Assembly (NCBI GenBank): GCA_030704615.1
Contig: CM060732.1
Coordinates: forward strand, 15,500,001 to 15,564,000
Reading direction: 5' to 3'
DNA: 64,000 bases
Source: Takakia lepidozioides
Lineage: Eukaryota; Plantae; Bryophyta
Below, in pieces: positions 42,709-57,011 of the stretch. Positions within the stretch are counted from its first letter, which is position 1. Each line of letters opens with the position of its first letter. The notes under the pieces are model-generated. The model did not search any database. It was not told the origin of the DNA and saw nothing but the letters and a program-made list of their open reading frames with translations. The translations under genes were made by a program, and so were the position numbers.

Positions 42709-45700
42709 TCAACGCTTCTTCCGCTTTTGAGGTCGCCCTTCGAAAGCTGCAACCGCCTCGGATGCGTTTCCCATTTCTGAGGCACGCACCCAAGATGCCT
42801 CCACATGATGATAGCCCTTCCATTTGACGAGATACTCCGTTTCTCGGTTCTTGAACCTCCTCGACTTAAGTATTGCCTCCACCTCGTACTCAGGTTCATT
42901 TTCATGATCCAACAGCATAGGTGGCGGACGCAACACTTGATGCCGATTCGGACGCGCTTCATCTTTGAAGTAAGGCTTCAAAAGGGAGACATGGAATACT
43001 GGGTGCACCTTGCTGTTTGCCGGCAGCTCCAATTCATACACATCCTCATTCATAACCTTCCGAATGCGAAAGGGTCCCGCATACGGAGGTACGAACTTCG
43101 GACTCACTTCCGGAGGTAGTCGGAAATTCTTGATGTTCAACCAGACCTCTGTGCCTGCCTCAAACTTCACTTCCCTCCGCTTCCGATTCGCCTGCCTTTC
43201 ATACCGTTTCCTAGCTTTGGCAATGTTGTACTTTGCGAGCTTCAACAAACGCTCGCGTTCTTCCAGTACCGCCGCTACTGCCGGTTCCTCAACGTCCTGG
43301 GCGGCCCAACTTGTCGGCACCAGAGGTGCTTTTCCATAGACCAATACGAAAGGGGAAACTCCCGTTGCGGAGTGTTCTGTGTTATTATAACAGAACTCTG
43401 CCGCGTCTAAGTGTTCCACCCAGTCTGATTGGTCTGCCGACACGTAATTCCGCAAGATCTGCTTCACTACGGAATTCACTCTTTCCGTTTGGCCGTCCGT
43501 CGTAGGTCGGAAGGCGGTGCTCATCTTCAGCCTCGTCCCCATCTTCTTCCAAAGTGCCTCCAAAATTTACTCGTAAACTTTGGATCGCGGTCCGAGACAA
43601 TATCCTTCGGGACTCCATGATGCTTTAAGACGTGGGCGAAGTAAAGTCGCCCTGTCTCCTGCGCCGTTGCCGTCTCCTTGGTGGGGATGAAATGGCCCAT
43701 TTTACTGAACCTATCCACCACCACCATGATTGCATCGAATCCTTTTGACAGCGGCATAGCAGTCATGAAATCCATCGAGACGCTTTCCCAAGTCCCCTCT
43801 GGAATCGGCAAGGGTTGTAACAGCCCCGCTTGCTTTTTGTACTCGCTCCGGTTTTGTTGGCATGTGGTGCATGTCTTGACATACTCCTCTGCCTCCTCCC
43901 TCAGTTTGGGCCAGAAATACTCTTTCTTCAAGAGTGCCGCAGTGCGCTTGGCTCCGCCGTGGCCCGCAAGCGGGCTATCATGGCATTCTCTCAAGAGGCT
44001 ATCTCTGATCCCTCCCTTCGGCACGTAGAGACGCTTTTGCTTATACCGGAGCAGTCCATTTTGCAAGTGGAACTGCGATTTAACCCCCATCCTCAAGTCC
44101 TGCATCACGGACTTCGCCAGCTCATCCTTCCGGCAAGCCTTCCGGATCTTCCTTTGGAGCGCCGTCTCGCCCTTGTACACCAACAAGAGCTGCTGCTTTC
44201 TACTTAAAGCATCGGCCACCACATTGTCCGTCCCGGTTTGTACTGGATATCCACGTCGAACACCGCCAAAGTATCTTGCCACCTAAGTTGTTTTGGGGAC
44301 AACTTGGGCTGCGTGGCAAAATACTTCACCGTGACATTGTCCGTGAACACCTTCACTGGGTTGGAACCAACATAGTGGCGCCAAAGCTCAAGGCAATGCA
44401 CCACCGCCTTCATCTCTTTTTCGTGCGTCGGCCACCGTCGCTCCACTTCATTCAGTTTCTTACTTTCGTAAGCCACTGGACGTCCATCTTGCATAAGTAC
44501 ACCCCCAATCGCGAAGTCCGACGCATCTGTATGAATCTCAAATGGACGATCGAACTCCGGGATTTTCAAGACTGGAGCTTCCGCCATCCGCTGCTTCAAT
44601 TCAGCAAAAGCTTGGCCACAAAAGGTGTTCCATACCCAGACTTTGGATTTACACAGAAGGTCTGACAGCGGCCCCGCGATCTTGGCGAAATTTCTCACAT
44701 ACTTCCGGTAATAGGAGGCGAGTCCTAGGAAGGATCGCACTCCCGGGACCGAAGTCGGAGGCTCCCAGTCCAAGATCGCCCTCACCTTTCTGTCATCCAT
44801 TTTGATCCCATCCTGTGTAATCACATGCCCCAAGAACTCCACTTTTGTGACCCCGAATTCGCACTTTGAAGCTTTGGCATACAGCTTCCCTTCCCGCAAT
44901 TTTTGGAACACCCTTTTGAGGTGCTCCAGGTGCTCCTCCTTTGTTTTCGAGTACACCAAGATGTCGTCGATGTACACGATCACAAAGTCATCCAACCACT
45001 CCTGGAAAAGGCTGTTCATCAGCGTGCTAAAGTCGCTGGTGCATTGGTGAGCCCAAAAGGCATCACCAAGAACTCATATGAACCATACCTTGTCCTGCAC
45101 GCGGTCTTCTCCTCATCTCCTTCCGCCACCCGAATTTGATGATAGCCGGAGCGCAAGTCGATCCGGCTGAAATACTTCGCTCCTGCCAACCGATCGAAGA
45201 GGTCGTCGATCCTTGGCAAAGGGTACCGGTTTTTGATAGTCACCTTATTCAGAGCCCTGTAATCGACACACATCCGCAGCGTCCCATCCTTCTTGTCTGC
45301 GAATAGCACCGGGGCTCCGTAAGGTGACTTACTCGGCCGGATGTACCCCTTTGACATTAGATCCTTGAGCTGAGTCTTCAGCTCGACCAACTCTCTGTGG
45401 CTCAACCGGTAGGGCGCCTTGGCAGGCGGTTCCGATCCCGGTATCACCTCAATCTTGTGGTCAACTCCTCTTCGCGGTGGCAAGCCGCTTGGTAAATCCT
45501 CCGGCATCACATCCTGGTATTTCTCCAAAATCCCCTTGATCCAATCTGGGCTCGGCTCCCCATCGCCTTCTCCCTTCACTTCTCTAATGTAAAGCAAAAA
45601 CTGGGGCTCGTGTGCCTCCTCCACGGCCCACTCCCTTGCTGACAGAAGGTTTATTCGCCCTCCCACGGATTTGGGCGTTTCCGACACTCGTAAGACCTCG

Positions 45701-47254
45701 CCACCATTCCCACATGGCAGCGTGACTACTCTCTTGCGGCCATCTATGACCGCTCCGGATTTGCTCAAAAAGGTCATCCCCAAAATGAGATCCACTCCAT
45801 CGATCTCGCAGATGGTGAAGTTCTCACGTCCCTCCCAACTCCCCAGTTGAAGAGGAACATCAACGCCAACCTTGTCGCCAATGTGGTTCTCCTTTGGCAG
45901 AACGCACCTCAATAGAGGCCCCCACGTCACTTGTCGGGAGTCCCAGCTTTTGTGCCGTTGCCGGTGTCATGAAGGAGTGCGACGCTCCTGTGTCCACCAA
46001 CAACGACACGTTAGTTCCGGATATTATCCCATCCACGAACAGTAACTGACTCCCTTTACGTAAGGCGCCCGTTTCCTGATACAACTCACAAGAAAATTTG
46101 CCTACCTTGCAAGTCCTCGCGACCACCGCTTCCACTAAGCGACTGATGGTATCTTCCGACAGCTCCGTGGTCGCCCGAGTCATGTTCAGTTGTCGGGGTT
46201 TTGTGCACTTCTTGGCCATGTGCCCGGGCTCCCCGCAATTGAAACACACTCCATCGAATGTCACCTTCTGTCCACCATAAGGCGCTGCACCTACTTTTCC
46301 TTTCGGAGCACCAGGTGCCGCCTTGACGTGTGAAGGCCCTCCCTTTGATTTCCACGTGCCATTGTCGCTGCGTGGCCTATCCCACTTCTTTTCCGGTCGG
46401 AAGGAGTCACCTTCCCGCCGGGTCTTCTTGTGGTTCAGCTCCGTACGGCCTTGTCTGTCGCCCTAGGGACATCCGAGAAACATTCAGCCCTCTCAATGGC
46501 CTCGTTCAAAGTCTTGGGTGGCTTCTCCTCCAACTTCCGCCTGGCCCATGGGGCCAGTCCCGCCACAAAGTTGAAGACCATTTCTGGTTCTGCCATATCC
46601 GCGACTTTGAGCAACAGCACATTGAAAGCCTGGACATATCCCCGAATGTCATCTGTTTGCTTCAAATTCCTCATCTTGTCCCGGGCGAGCCAGGACGCAT
46701 TGAGGGGCACAAACTGTCTCTTCATCAATTCCTTGAACCCACTCCAGTTCAAGGTTTCCGGGCTTGGACCTCGGTCGTGAAGGCGTTTCTGCCACCATTG
46801 TTGAGCATAGCCCCTCAAATAGGTGGGAGCCATCCTCGTAACTCAACTTGGCCACCCGGAAGTACTGCTCTAGCTCCAGGAGCCAGGTGTTGAGTGCCTT
46901 CCGATTTCGGACGCCCTCGAAGGTGTCGGGTTCCTTAGGCTTCACCTTAAACTTCGCCTTAGTGGAAGTGGCATTAGCCGCCTTCAACACGTCTTTCAAT
47001 GTCCTGCCAAACTGCGCCAGCAACCCTTCCCAAAAGGCTGCCGGCATGGGAGGCATCTGTTGGTTTGTCGGAGCTCTCAAGGATTCCTCGGGCTCCGACT
47101 CCTCAGATTCCTCCCGCTCTTGCGCGGCCTCATTTTCAAAAGCATGCATCGCTTCCTCAAATGGCCGCCTCGGTGACACGTCGCCCCCATCGGGCTCACC
47201 AGGGTCATCATCTTTTGGGCCGTTCCGCTTTCGCTTTGGCTTGCCCGACCCCAT
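42709..47254 (-). pseudogene. gag-pol: gag-pol with integrase chromodomain, several frameshifts
   Basis: Gag CCHC, LVDTGAS, YIDD, TDNVTVKYFATQPKLSPKQ (Galadriel-like RNaseH), integrase, chromodomain YEVEAIL..VKWKGY. Confidence 0.93.
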
Positions 47255-47295
47255 GATGAGGCCAATCCCAAGGACGATCGCGTACTGAACTCTAA

Positions 47296-47307
47296 GCTCT
47301 GATACCA
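47296..47307 (-). promoter_or_regulatory. Primer binding site, tRNA-iMet
   Basis: TGGTATCAGAGC on the minus strand. Confidence 0.95.
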
Positions 47308-47309
47308 AG

Positions 47310-48034
47310 TGTCGCGCACCTCACTTCGGTAAGCTCCCCCTCAAGTCATAGTTACTCGCTTTGATGCGCGCGCCTAACTCCCAACCTGGCCGCCGGGCCA
47401 ACTTGGAGCTTCGGCTGCTCACCGGGGCATAACGGTCCCCCTTTGTTCTCCCGAAGAACCCTCCACCGATTTGGAACCAGCGGGAATTCCCTTTGGTAGT
47501 TGGCAGTCCGGAACAGCTCCCCGCTCTTTGGTCGCTTTCCGGCTCGCTCGCTTACTCACTAGTTTTTGGTCACCAACGGGCTTGCACCGTTCTCGGGGTT
47601 ACTACTCCCTATATATACTTCTGTAGCTGTCCGCGGGGGTTCCACAAACAGCCATGCCATTTTATGGTGAACCACCACGAAGACCCTCGATTCCCGGTGG
47701 TGAGTCGCGGTGAGTCTTGGCCCACTCACCACGGCCCCAATGGACCGTGATGAGTCCCAAGACTCCCCACGACTCCCACCTCGAGGTCTCCACCCCATGG
47801 TGAGTCCTATGCCACCCCCACTAAGTCCCGCTAAGCTACCACCACCCCTTGTGGAGCCACCCCCACCGCAACCCGGTGTGCGGGGCTCCACCTAGTGAGC
47901 GCCTCCGCCTCCTTGAGTGCCTTGGGCACTCAAGGGTGCTTCAGCCCCCGTACCTATCGCTGCTACTGCCCCCACCACAGGGGCAGCCCCTCCTGTGTCC
48001 CGACCCCCTGCCCTCAAGGCAAAGGGCCGCGACA
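47310..48034 (-). repeat. 5' LTR of copy 3
   Basis: TGTCGCG...CGCGACA. Confidence 0.95.
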
Positions 48035-48432
48035 GGATGTGTCCGAAAATGGCTAAGTCCCAGAACTAACTGGGCCCGGAACTGATGGCGCCGAATTTCC
48101 AGAATGAGTGCCAGCCACCCCCGGGACTTAGCCATTTTCGGGGTCCGGTACTGGAAATTCGGCGCCATTTTTCCAGGCTGTGTCTGAAAATGGCTAAGTC
48201 CCAGAACTGACTGGGCCCGGAACTGGAAAAATGGCGCCGAATTCCAAGAATGAGTGCCAGCCACCCCCGAGACTTGGCCATTTTTGGGGCCCGGTACTGG
48301 AAATTCGGCGCCATTTTTCCAGGCTATGTCCGAAAATGGCTAAGCGAATTTCCAAAAGTGGTGCCAACCACCCCCGAGACTTAGCCATCCGCCCCAGGGC
48401 CCGAATCAGGAAATTCGGCGCCATTTTTCTAG
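48035..48432. repeat. Intronic A-type array (~72-74-bp units)
   Basis: ggaaattcggcgccatttttcc and ggctaagtccc units. Confidence 0.88.
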
Positions 48433-48537
48433 GGACTTCTTCACAACCAATTTTCATGCGCCACATAAGGTGTCTTACATCCTGGAACTGTAGGGACTAC
48501 AATGGCCATGGATCAAAGAGGAGCACCGCGTATCTAC

Positions 48538-50815
48538 CTGTACAGAAGGCGCATTGCCGCTTTGTCCGCGTTCGGCTGGTCGGTGAACTCGTGGCTCCGG
48601 CGGGCATGGGGTATCTCTCGAAAGAATAGGTCGGTCTTGTAGAGCAGAAAGTACCTCGTCACATAGTCGTGTAGGCTCTCTGCTTCACTAGAAATCTCCA
48701 GCTTGAACTGATGTGCTTGGGTGTCTGCAAGTTGCTCTTGCGCATTCGTCGTCACCTGTGGAGATTCTCCATCAGACCGCATTCCTCAATAAATACAATA
48801 AATCCACCCGATGAAGCGTGGGAAAGTACCTGAAACCACCATGTCATGCGGTTCATCCACATGTCGAATGTGGGGTCAGACAGTTTGTCGGGTTTGGGGA
48901 AGCTCCACATGTCCCTTGTACTCTGGGAACCATTCCAGATTTGGAGCCACCGGGTCTGCCCAACCACCGTGCATATTAGTAAGCGCCAAACACCACAAAA
49001 ATGAATTGTTGCCACCACAATTTGGTTAAGAATGTATAACCTTTTCTGTTGCATCCACATAGGATGTGGCTAGACGATGCAGCTTCTCCAATGTCATCAT
49101 GGGCTTCAGAGCGTGGGAGTAGTGCTTCCCCACCTCCACCAAAAAGTCGGCACCAAGGGCGGGATCAGCTATGGCCACGTACTTTACCATCCGCGACTTG
49201 TACTTGATGCGGGCCTTCGCCTCCGCAGCTTTGAGATACGATTCCAGTGCCGGGAGGGTTAGTTTCTTCTCCTCTGACTCCATGTAGAACCTCCGCGCAT
49301 GTGCCAAATCCTGCTGAGTTTTCGTCTGTCAAGAATGCGCACATAAGATTAGAAATCCTGGTCCACACTTTTTCTTCTATTGGGGGAGCAAAGACAGATT
49401 ACCTCAACAAAATAGTTAGGAGCTGTACCCAAAATATGTAGTCCACCATGGCGTCCATGCTCAGCCTATACCAACTTTTGTCTGCCTTTGCCTCCGACTT
49501 GCGCAGGAGGTCGGCACTGAGCGAATTGGCAAACTCTTGCACCCCCTGCTTCCCGACATCCTTCACTCGGAAGAGCATGTGGGACAAGTTGGTGGCAATG
49601 AAGGCATTCTCAGTCACCCTGCAATGCCACGTTTCCATTAAACGATACTGAAATGAGAATTTGCAGCAAATATGACGATTGGCGATGAAATGACTTTCAA
49701 GTTCAACTTTCAAAGCAAGAGGCATTGTAACTTACAAGTTGATGTCTGCCATTGCAGCTTTCAGAAGACTTCGATCTTTGGGCCCCGCAACCTTCAGCAC
49801 AACACACTCCACGGCGTAATGCCAATCCAGGTTGTTGGGGTGGGCTTGGGCTATGTGCTCCATCCATGCCAGGAGGCAATGATTGTCGTCCCACACGTAA
49901 AACATCTTTCCGGCTGGAAAAGAGGATCAGTAGCAATCAATCTCTCGAACTCCTCATTTCGCCTTTGCCAAAGGGGACCCCATTTGTCCACCTCATCGGA
50001 AGTGTGGGCATGAGAAGCTCCATGGTCGTTCTCAATGGAAACGTAAAACGCGGCAGACCCCCCCATTCGATATCCCTCCCGGAAAGAGAATGTCAGCTTG
50101 TCGATATCGCCTGGGAGGGCAGGTCTCACCACCTGCAATGATACCTAGCGGCAAAGGGGAATCCGAAGTTTGGCCGGGTACACCATGCCCCCCAGGACCC
50201 TGCCAATGTTGTTGTGGGTTGCCTCCAACATCTTGGCAGCGGCCAACTTGCCCCAACTTTGGTGATCCAAAAATGCCAAGCACCAGGTCCGACGACTGCT
50301 ATCGACAACTATCTGACTGCGCTCGATGAGTAGCGGCTTATGGAGTGACTGCTTGAGCAGTTGGAGCTGTCGATGATACCACCACCGTGTCGCGCTTGTC
50401 TTCACTCTGTCATCCCCAACAATCGTGAGAGCCACAATCGCAATGAAATGGAAGCAACAAATGAGCCACAATCATGAGAGGCAGAGTAGGGAGTGGCATG
50501 GAGCAACCATGAAAACAAAACCAAGCAATGGCTAACAATCACATGCAGAAGCAGCAGAAGGATGCCAAAACAAACAAAACAAAGCGAAGAAGACGACCAC
50601 ACATGCTACATAAAGCGGAAGAAGCAGGGGCTCGCCTGAGAGTGCTCGGCTTCAGTTGGCGCGGGCTTTGAGCAAGACAAGGGGATCTCCTGCTGGAGCT
50701 TCAGTTTGGCCATGCAAGACGTTGGACGCCGCCCGTAGTACAAAGGCTTGAGTTTGTGCCGCGGTCTGGATGTGGGGTTTCTCTCAGGAGAGCCACGCCC
50801 TTCTCCATGCGGCAT
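48538..50815 (-). pseudogene. ParB half of the ParB-MTase gene (A'); MTase half removed
   Basis: RPRHKLKPLYYGRRP exon, LRIPLCR, VTENAFIATNL, AHARRFYMES, AAMRLLYR. Confidence 0.88.
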
Positions 50816-51073
50816 AAGTCTGAGTAACAGAAAAATCTCCCGCAGAATGCATGCGTACAGGCCTTGAATGAAACTTCATCCACCCGTCACATCAGGTGTC
50901 GAAGGCGTATCCCGGAAGCAAGCGCGGAATCCGTGTGGAACGTCCGGTTCAAAACCGAAGGCGGAGGACATTTAATGCGGAGCGGCGCCCTTCAATGTCA
51001 TAGGTATGGAGCTCGGCCACAGGCGCCACCTGGCCCACCCTCCCCCCGAGACTTCATCAACAGCCCGCTGGAT

Positions 51074-51710
51074 GGAAAAAATGGCGCCGAATTTCCATCC
51101 AGCGGATGAAGTAGGACGCAACGTGGCCCTCCCTCCGCCCGAGATGTTCTTATCCACAAGCCGCCGGATGGAAAAATGGCGCCGAATTTCCATCTTGCAG
51201 GTAAGTCGGTCCACCTCCAGATGGAAAACCGGCTCCGAATTTGTCTCCAGCGGACGACATTGGTAGGGATAACGTGCCAAAAAGTGGCCCGCAGGCAGAA
51301 AACTCTAAGTTGAGTGTTGGATTAGACAAAAAAACGCGAAAAACTTGATGCAACGACTGGAAATTGTTGATGAAGGGTCGATACGGGCGTCTGTGGATGG
51401 AAATTTGGCGTCGTTTTTCCATCCTGCAGATGATCTCTGTCGGCCAGGTGTCGGCCTCTCTGCCTGATACGACTTCATCCGAACGGCCTCGGATGGAAAT
51501 TCGGCGCCGTTTTTCCATCCGGGGAATGTTCTCTGTCGGCCAGGTGTCGGCCTCTCCCCCCGAGACGACTTCATCCGAACGGCCTCGGATGGAAATTCGG
51601 CGCCGTTTTTCCATCCTGCAGATGATATTTGTCGGCCAGGTGTCGGTCTCTCCCCCCGAGATGACTTCATCCGAACGGCCTCGGATGGAAATTCGGCGTC
51701 GTTTTTCCAT
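51074..51710. repeat. Central A-type palindrome array (A')
   Basis: Starts 51075, 51170, 51223, 51399, 51495, 51591, 51687. Confidence 0.9.
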
Positions 51711-51983
51711 CCCTGGGATGATCTCTAGCAGCCACGTGGGGCCGTCACCCTCCGATTGGACGTCATGTCGAAGTAAATGTTGTGCCTCATTCTTAGGTAC
51801 GGGTATATTAAATGCCGAGCTTTTTCTTTGCCACTTGCCCGACCTTCGCTCGTGACCCACGCGTTTCAAACCGAAACAACAACAACACTTCCTCGCTCCG
51901 AGCCCCTCTCACTTCATCTTCCCCACACTCCCCCTTCCCTGCGCACCCTCTTTGCTTCTTGGCAGCCCTTTCAATAGTCGGCG

Positions 51984-52540
51984 ATGGCGTGCCGGGATCC
52001 CAACAACTGCCCAAACAAGCATCTCACCCCGTGAGACTTCTCGCCCAAGTCAAGGGATACATGCAGGATTGGATAGACCACTCTCAGCAGAGGAGGGTGC
52101 ACCTGTCCGCTCTTGAGTACCTTCCTGGCTTCCACGATCAGCCTTGCGGGGACGGGATTGCGTGGCTTTGGTGCCTGCGAATCGTTGATCTACAATATCC
52201 GCCTACATGGAACATCCCCAAAAGCCGTACGGCCTTCCTACATCATTGGAGGTGCTGCCAGTGGGCCTACGAGGATTGCATCGGGTGTACGTACATGCCA
52301 GAGAGGATTCCATCGCAAATAGTGTATGGGGACATTCTCATAAGCTACGAGGATGAGTCCTATGGACACAAAGTCTCCACAGCAAAGATCTCGATTTACG
52401 ATGGTGCATATATCGGAGGACATGACACCGTTGTCCACTACACCAAAGGAGAACGGGTTGCATCCATTGTCTTCACCTACCGACACCCTGTCAGTCATGA
52501 GCTTGTTGAGAGGCCAATCGAGGTTCCAACTTCTTGGTGA
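51984..52540 (+). CDS. Conserved orphan accessory protein (homolog of 19071-19634; probable 1-nt frameshift near the start)
   Basis: MACRDPNNCP start is in a different frame from the ...WLWCLRIVD..HELVERPIEVPTSW body. Confidence 0.7.
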
Positions 52541-53107
52541 GAATAGTGCAACACGGGAGAAAATTCCCAACTTACCTGAGCATGGATGGCTTCCCTCGGC
52601 TTGTGAGGGCATGCATACTTATCACAGTTCATTATTAATAAAAATGTCTCCTTTGAACCAAAGTTCCACTTTTTGCGCAATGTTGCATTTTGTTGAATGT
52701 TGACTTTTGGCAGCGAGGGTCTGGCACTCAATCTTGCAATCAGACCCACTGGAATGCCACCTCTGTCAGTTCCCTCTGTCCATGGGGAAGGTGCTTGCAC
52801 ACTCGCCCCCCCACGCTTCTTGTCAGATGCCGTAATTATTGGTTTGCGCAGCGCATCTGCACAGATCATATACCTTCTGACTGCATACCGTTGGCAATTA
52901 TTGCGTAAAGGCCAGGGGCCGCATTCCGCAGACAAGGTTCATTAACTCTCTGACAGTGGATTTTTGGGAGAGAGGGCTCCCCGGATTCGTGAATAGGCTT
53001 CGTCGCTTCCAAAAATTGGCCCTGCATTCCTTCCCCTCGCTGCATCCCCCCTTCTCCCAGGGCGCTTGTCCGAACGCCGTCCTGGCAGTCTTGTGTGCAC
53101 AACTCCC

Positions 53108-56100
53108 ATGGTCGAATACCCGAGCGCTATAGTGTACTGTCCTCCTCACGAGCATAGAGCTACATTTCCGTGCAGAGGGGAGATCTGCCGGGTGATGGAG
53201 AAATATCTCTGCGTTCGAAACAACCTGAAACCGGGGTCGGTATTTTTGGAGGAGGAAAAGAAGGATGCAAACGGAGTTGTATTCGAAAGTATTGTTGTGC
53301 TCCACGATGATTTCGGCGACGGCAGGGAATGGCGAGTTCCACCATCGGACAGCGTCATATACAAGGCTGTTGGGGACTTCATTTTCCCGCCAAATGTGCC
53401 TTCTATCCTGGCGCCTTCCACGAAACAATCCGCGAATCAGAGAGTGGGTACCTCAAAGAGAGAAGTCCGCAACGAAGTATATCCAGAGCCGAACCCATCA
53501 ATGAAGACGAGCGAGAACCGGGTTGTTCACAACCTGTCCGACTCCGACGAGGTCATGGAAGTTTCGAGATCATCCTGGAGATCAGGCAAGTCCTCAATGG
53601 ACATCAGCGGACGAGGGAGTCAAATTCCCAGCACGAACACAACAGTTCGATCCATCTTGAAATTCTGCGAGGGCTTCACATGGAGGGACACCGTTCGGAG
53701 CTGGCTGGGCTGGACTACAGCAAGTTTGCAATTAAATCCGTTACATGCCTTCCCGCAGACGTCGACGGTAATATCTTCTTTGAGTTCCCTCCTCGAACGG
53801 ACTATTCGAGGGCGTCCGGAATGTTGACAGATATGGATATGAGACATGACGGTCATCCTTGGTGCGTCACCAAAACCACCAGCATGAAGATGCTCGATGG
53901 TGTGCGGGTGCGCTACGTTGTTTGTGTGGGCGCGTTGCGGTGTTTCTCCCCAACTTGCTTCCACTTTAAATCCAGAGGTCACAGGAACGAGATGGACTGG
54001 ACAGGCACAACAAATCAACCATTTCGAGCTCAGGAGAAGGTTCCAAACTCCACATTTAAGTGTGCGCATTGCAAAGAACCACCACATTGCATGTCTGTTT
54101 GTAATGCCAAGCAGTTCTATGTGTTGCACCGTTTCCCTGACCTCACACGAGCTTGAATAAAAGTTGGTTCCCATTGTCACAAATTGGCGAGGGGGAACTC
54201 GCGGGAGGCTGCCCACAAGGCAGAGCAGCTCCTTCAGGAGGAGGTTAAGTTGAGACCTGGTGCCAAACCCAAACAGATACAGCTGCAGGCCGCCCATATG
54301 ATGGCATAGGCCAGGATTATGTCAGAAGACGGCTCCAACAGAGTTCCTCTCGATGAGAAGGAAATGAAGGCATTGTTGGAGTCGGTATCCCATGTCTGTT
54401 CACCAAATGTCCGAAACCACATTGTATCCTGCAAACAGAGAATTGGGCATGGCTCGGATATGCACTCCATTCTGGAGGTGAAGCGATGATGTGGATACGA
54501 CTACATTCATGGAAGTAGGTTTCCAGGACAAGGGACTGAAGTAGATTGTTGTTTCGTATTCAAAATGTCCACGTGTGGGCCGGGCGTCGAACTGGTCCAC
54601 CGGATGACGAGTGGGGACTGTCAAACAGTTGGGTCATGTTCGACCATATCAAGCGAATTACAAATCACCAGTGGGTGACAATGGGTGCACATGTCTACGA
54701 CACCCACTGCAGGATGCTAATGACAATTGCTATTTGTGAGATGAAAGGAGAGGCCACACAATCGGAGATGCTTCTTTGGCAGGGAATAAACGAACAGATG
54801 GCCAGGGCGGGGTTGCCCCCTCCCAATTTCCGTGGTTTCATGGCGGACAACGCACAAGCAAATTGGGCTGCCATCCAAAGGGTGTACAGGGAAGACCCCA
54901 ATGTTTCGATGGAAGGCAAGGAGAGATCTTGTGAGTTCCATTTTCTGCAGAGCTTGTCACAGTACACAACCAGGTTCGTGGCGCCAGATTTCAGAGAGGA
55001 GCACCGTTCCATGTGTCTTGCGTGGAAGCGTGCTCCCACCTTGGATGATGCAGAGACACAGTTTGCATGTATACGGGCTTGGTGGACAACGTCAGGTACT
55101 GTAAAAAAATCAGACGAGGGAGCAATGGTCAGTTGGCTAGCATGGTGGCATTATCGTTTCCTCCAGTTCGGCGGCTATATGTGGGAGGTGAGTTGGACGA
55201 ATTCGCGTCCCGTTGAATATTATGCTACTCATTATTTGTAACTTGCTTGTAACCTCAACATGTGCATGTGCAGGAAATGTGTCTCGACTCCGACACCGAT
55301 ATGCCGACAACAAACATGGCCGAATCAGTACATTCTTCCTGGCATGCCTCCTCTGCGGTGCATCTAATGGACATCCTCACTGCCACAACGGAGGACATTG
55401 TGAGGTCAATTATGCAGCAATGCAAGTACAACGAGTTTTTGACACGGAAACAGTGGGGTTTGGGGCCGGACAGGCAGGAAATGCTGATGCGGACTGCTTC
55501 CAGATCGAAGAATCCCCGGAAGTGGGCGGCAGCCTTGCGAGAGGGCCTTCGGGACACGCCATTGCTTCGAAGAGGCCAACACTTGGAAGGAGATGTTCAC
55601 ACTCGTCCAGTGAGACAAAGACTTGATGAGGCATCTGGCGGAGAAGAGGATTCATGGTGAGCTGACAAGAATATTCGCACGCTCCCTCATGGTCTCGTGA
55701 TGTTGCCCGAGGAGGTCACGTCGAGCACCGCAAGTCCTGCACGTTCAAGATCGTCATCTCCTTTGAGCACAGGGCACGTGCCCGAGGAACATAACGAGCC
55801 ATCTGTAGTAACGCACTATAACATACCCATTGTGGAGACAAGAGTGTCGGAGTCACAGTGGAGAATTGCAAGGACATTGCCGGCATTTTGAGGGAAGTGC
55901 TGCGCCATCCGGGTGGATATGAGAGCACGTTGTGGTGAGATGATTCGGAGGAACCCACACGGTGCTGTACCTGCACCTTGTTTCAGCGACAGATTTTTGA
56001 ATCCCACATTTTCTAACGCCACAATGCAGACGTTTTGGTTCTGTACATAATGACTTATATATTTGGCAAGCCCAAGTACAGGATTCAGGGAATGCCGGAG

Positions 56101-56665
56101 CCTCCGAGCGTCTGGCCTGTTGCACCGGGTTGCAACCTCTCTCAGAATGAGGCGGATGCTCTTTCTGCAGCAGGATTTCGAATGGTGCAATGCACAGACG
56201 TCCCGGCCCACTCATTTCCAATTCCTCAGACCCAGCCATTGCAGACTGTTTGGTCGAGTAGAGACGGATTGGACAATTATGCACATCCCACAATGCGATT
56301 TGGAAGAGTGAAGAGACGACACCCTCCCAACAAGTTGAATGAGACTCGGATTGCCAATGCTCTTGGGATGGCTTGCACTATTCAGAATTTCGTGGACGTA
56401 CCCCCACCTGGCCTTGGGCGTGTTTATCGGATGGCAACGGCCGGCTCAGCTGTACGCGACGACGTATACAAAATTACGATCGGAGTGGAGCCGATTTGCA
56501 ATTGTACGGACTTCTCGTTGATGGAAGCAAAGAAGGGGTCAAAGTATTACATTTACCTGAAGAGGCTGAGGATGAACTTGGACTATTGATGACTTTATTC
56601 ATGCACCAGCGTTGAGCGTGAAAGAGCTACACAAACTCCTCCGCCGGGATTCCAGAAATCATTGA
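53108..56665 (+). pseudogene. Mutator-like transposase (A'), multiple stops and frameshifts
   Basis: CVGALRCFSPTC..CAHC..C..HCH zinc domain; WVMFDH, GFMADN, CEFH, TTNMAES; SWIM partly deleted. Confidence 0.9.
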
Positions 56666-57011
56666 TGGGGCAAAGGGAATCCACTATATGGATATTTGCA
56701 ATTGCATTTTTATGCATTAGACTTTGTTTTGCAGTGTAATGAAATGCACCCCAAAACTCCTGGAATGAGACAGACAATATTAAAGTAATATCTTTTAAAC
56801 ACTATGGACTGCTGGATATCTGTTGACGTCCAGTGGAAATTCAATGTCGAAACAGAATCAATACTAAGATGTGGCAGGAAAAATTTGCAAATCTTCCAGA
56901 AAACTGATTTCCAACAGTAGTAGTTGTGGGGGCCATTTCTGGAAAAATGGCGCCGAATTTCCCTATTTTGGGCCGAAAACTGGCTAAGTCCCAACATGTA
57001 CGGGAACGATG

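Larger units (their letters stand above)
41078..48034 (-). mobile_element. Chromovirus copy 3, full length with two LTRs but no TSD
   Basis: LTRs 41078-41802 and 47310-48034; gag-pol between them; flanks AACCC and GGATG differ. Confidence 0.95.
48035..57011. mobile_element. MULE lineage A' core, both ends lost at chromovirus junctions
   Basis: Colinear with ~28400-38160 of the complete element, plus an extra orphan gene. Confidence 0.92.
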
